From: Planctomycetota bacterium
GTDB taxonomy: Bacteria; Planctomycetota; B15-G4
Length of the DNA: 64,000 nucleotides
NCBI GenBank assembly: GCA_965248575.1
Contig: CBDFJQ010000002.1
Location: forward strand, 5,152,001 to 5,216,000
Direction: 5' to 3'
Each line of letters starts with the position of its first letter. The first letter of the stretch is position 1. A program made the position numbers and the translations under genes. The notes beneath the pieces were generated by a model. It saw only the letters and a program-made list of their open reading frames with translations, did no database searches and was not told the origin of the DNA. Of this stretch, positions 61,695 through 64,000 are shown in pieces.

Positions 61695-63727
61695 TGTGGG
61701 CCTTGCTGGCCGCGTGGTGGGTGTTGGTTCCTGCCCTGCCCGAGCTGGCCTGGGTGCAATGGTTCGCCCATCTCGCCGTCGTCGGCGCGCTGGCCCTGAG
61801 CATCGGCCCACGGCTGTGGAGAGCAGAGGGGGCACTGTCCCGGGTGCCCCTGGTCGCCACAGCGGTCGCACTGCTCTCGTTGTCCGTCGCCATGCACGCC
61901 GCGCCGGACCGCTTTCCCGTCATGGAACGTTGGTGGGCGGGCATGACGGGAGTCGCCCACGGGCTGTTCTTCCTGTGTGTCCTGGCGGCGACGCCCGGTC
62001 CGCACGATGTCGAGCGAAGCCGGAGCTTCTCGCGCGGGCTCTGCTTCGTCCTGTTGGCGGTGCTGGCTGCTCAAGTGCTGACCATCGTGCGTGTCGACCT
62101 GCCCCAGGAAGCGGGGCGTCTCGCAGGTGGGCTCGGCAACCCCAACATGCTCGGCGCCTTCGTGGCTGCGGCGGGCCTGGCCTTGGCAGCCCTGGGGCGT
62201 TGGCGGCCGCGCTGGATGCTCCTGCTGGGCGGCGTCGTGACCGTGGTCCTGATGACCCGCTCTCGAGGGGCGGCGGCGGCCCTCGCAGCCGCGGTCTTCG
62301 TGTTCTTGCTGCGGCGCAACTGGCGTTGGGTCTTGGGCTTGGGCGTCGTGTTGGGTGTCGGCTTGGTCACGATTCCCAACCCGCTTTGGGAGCGGGTCAT
62401 GCAGTTGGAGGCGGCGCACACCTTCTCCCGCCCCTTCTTGTGGCGCGCGGCCTGGGCCAACATCCTGGAGAACCCCTGGGGCATCGGCCCCGGGATGAAC
62501 CGCTATCTCTTCCCACTGCGTGCCTTCGACCCGGAGTTTCCGTGGCTCGTGCATCAGCGGCACGCAGTGGGCTTGACGCACAACGTCTTCCTCACGTTGG
62601 CCCTGGAATGGGGCTGGTTGGCAGGCTTGGCTGGCGTCAGTCTGGCGCTCTCGGTGGGACGCAAGCTGTGGAGGGGCGGAGCAGCGGACCCCCTGCGGCA
62701 GGGCGCGACGCTCGGTGCCCTGGTCCTGTTTTTCGAACTGCAGATCGACGGCCTCGAACAGAACGCTGTGGCCTTCAGCTTGTTCCTGGCCTTCGTCGCC
62801 ATGGCCCTGAGGCGCTGCGTGGCGTCGGCAGCTGGGCGGGGCGACAGGCGGGGCGAGGGGGGTCCCATCGCAGGGCGGCAAGGAGCGGGCGGGCGCGGTC
62901 GGTGGGTCGCAGCAGCGGTCGTCATACTGGGCTTGGGTTTGCTCTTTCAGGACGCCCGGCGTGTGGCTCGCGTGGCGGCGATCCGCGAGGCCCAAGCCGT
63001 GTTTGAGGCCTACGTGGCAGGGGAGCTTCAGGAGGCCGAGATGAGGGTCGCTCTGGAGGCTGCTGGGGAGGCAGCCCCTGGCTCGGAGAATCTCGCCGTT
63101 GCGAGCTTCGAATTCGAGGCCTTGGCCCTGCGGCGAGCCACCAGCATGAAGGAAGAGGCAGCCTCTCTGGAATCCCGGGCAGCGCAGGCCTGGGCGGCCG
63201 CCGACCGGGCGCGGGAGATCCAACCTGCGGATGCCGAGCTGTTTCGCAGCGTGGCGGACTTTGCCTATCGCCGCCTCGCCCCTGTTGAGCGAACGGGGGA
63301 GCGGCCGGGATCCGTCTTGCCGGCGGTCAGCTCGCGACAGGCAGCGCAGGAGCGGTACACGGACAGCCTGGGGCGACTGCTGCGTCTCGACCCCTTCGAT
63401 GTGGGGGCGCTTCGGCAGCTGGCTCAGGAATACGGGCGCTCGGGCCAGTACGAGCCCATGGAGGCGACCTTCGAGCGACTCTTTGCCATCGAGCCGGATG
63501 ATGCGGCGGCTTGGGCTCTCAGGGGCCGCTTTCGGGTCCTGGCGGACCGTCCCGAGCAGGCGCTCTATGCCTATGTGCGCGCCCAGGAATCGGTATTCAA
63601 CTGCCGGCTCAAGGTGTCGGTGGGGGCGCCTCGCTCCCAGCTCTATTACGCAGCAGTGCTGAAACAGGCCCAGCTGGCGGTCATCCGGCGGCGCATTGCC
63701 GAGCTGCGCCGGGCGCTCTTCCTTTGA
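61691..63727 (+). CDS. O-antigen ligase / O-oligosaccharyltransferase-like (Wzy_C) protein with C-terminal TPR region
   Basis: GGLGNPNMLG, TRSRGA, SRPFLW..AW..I..NPWGIGPG, THNVFLTLALEWG, then TPR-like helices. Confidence 0.85.
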   Translation: MMWALLAAWWVLVPALPELAWVQWFAHLAVVGALALSIGPRLWRAEGALSRVPLVATAVALLSLSVAMHAAPDRFPVMERWWAGMTGVAHGLFFLCVLAATPGPHDVERSRSFSRGLCFVLLAVLAAQVLTIVRVDLPQEAGRLAGGLGNPNMLGAFVAAAGLALAALGRWRPRWMLLLGGVVTVVLMTRSRGAAAALAAAVFVFLLRRNWRWVLGLGVVLGVGLVTIPNPLWERVMQLEAAHTFSRPFLWRAAWANILENPWGIGPGMNRYLFPLRAFDPEFPWLVHQRHAVGLTHNVFLTLALEWGWLAGLAGVSLALSVGRKLWRGGAADPLRQGATLGALVLFFELQIDGLEQNAVAFSLFLAFVAMALRRCVASAAGRGDRRGEGGPIAGRQGAGGRGRWVAAAVVILGLGLLFQDARRVARVAAIREAQAVFEAYVAGELQEAEMRVALEAAGEAAPGSENLAVASFEFEALALRRATSMKEEAASLESRAAQAWAAADRAREIQPADAELFRSVADFAYRRLAPVERTGERPGSVLPAVSSRQAAQERYTDSLGRLLRLDPFDVGALRQLAQEYGRSGQYEPMEATFERLFAIEPDDAAAWALRGRFRVLADRPEQALYAYVRAQESVFNCRLKVSVGAPRSQLYYAAVLKQAQLAVIRRRIAELRRALFL

Positions 63728-63731
63728 GCCT

Positions 63732-63756
63732 GAGGCTCTTGTTCCCGCAGAGCCTC
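63732..63756 (+). terminator. Stem-loop just after the ligase-like gene
   Basis: GAGGCTCT (63732-63739) pairs with AGAGCCTC (63749-63756); no U-tract. Confidence 0.35.
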
Positions 63757-63821
63757 GCGCCTATGCTGTCGCGACTTTTGTCCAGTGCCCAGTAACTTCC
63801 AACCTTTGGACAGGAACGCCC

Positions 63822-64000
63822 ATGGCCTCCATTCTGAATGAGTACCTCGCGATCATCGTCTCCTTGGGCGCGCTCGTCTTCGCGTTCGTCCTCTCCGGCA
63901 AGATCAACAGCCTGAGCGAGGGCAACGAGACGCAGCGCGAAATCGCCCTGAAGATTCGGACCGGCGCGATGGCGTTCCTGAAGACGGAGTACAGCATGCT
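63822..64000 (+). CDS. hppA: Membrane-bound H+/Na+-translocating pyrophosphatase, 5' part (truncated by window)
   Basis: Not in the ORF track. MASILNEYLAIIVSLGALVFAFVLSGKINSLSEGNETQREIALKIRTGAMAFLKTEYSM matches the G..EIA..I..GAMAFL..EY N-terminus of membrane PPases. Confidence 0.8.
   Translation, partial: MASILNEYLAIIVSLGALVFAFVLSGKINSLSEGNETQREIALKIRTGAMAFLKTEYSM

Overview
GC-rich chromosomal segment of a diderm bacterium. The gene repertoire is reminiscent of Planctomycetota, but that is inference only. It holds about 50 densely packed CDSs, and I found no rRNA, intact tRNA, CRISPR array, integrase or transposase. In order: (1) a signal-less molybdoenzyme with a fused 4x[4Fe-4S]/NrfD partner, a Ca/Na antiporter and gdhA; (2) an SPFH/Zn-ribbon pair and a membrane-anchored 44-aa helical-repeat protein; (3) a roughly 16-kb type IV filament locus (major pilin, GspL-like PilMN fusion, PilO, ATPase, platform, secretin, TPR lipoprotein, four minor pilins) that runs straight into a DUF5658-like gene and two Thr-nucleophile sulfatase-fold enzymes, with structured RNA-like leaders; (4) housekeeping and accessory genes (GNAT, hrpB, sppA, amidohydrolase, UnbV/UnbU-like pair, RNase HIII-like, phosphoesterase, RimK-like, AsmA-like, single-Cys ArsC/LMW-PTP, MocA-like); (5) a Wzx + 3xGT4 glycan cluster interrupted by a PHP-domain lipoprotein, and a multidomain glycoside hydrolase-like protein; (6) a translationally coupled ABC / GT-C / O-antigen-ligase-TPR operon and the start of hppA. 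The best candidate for an undescribed system is the pilus locus with its own putative surface-modification enzymes, possibly served by the nearby glycosylation operons. All family calls come from reading motifs by eye; no searches were run.
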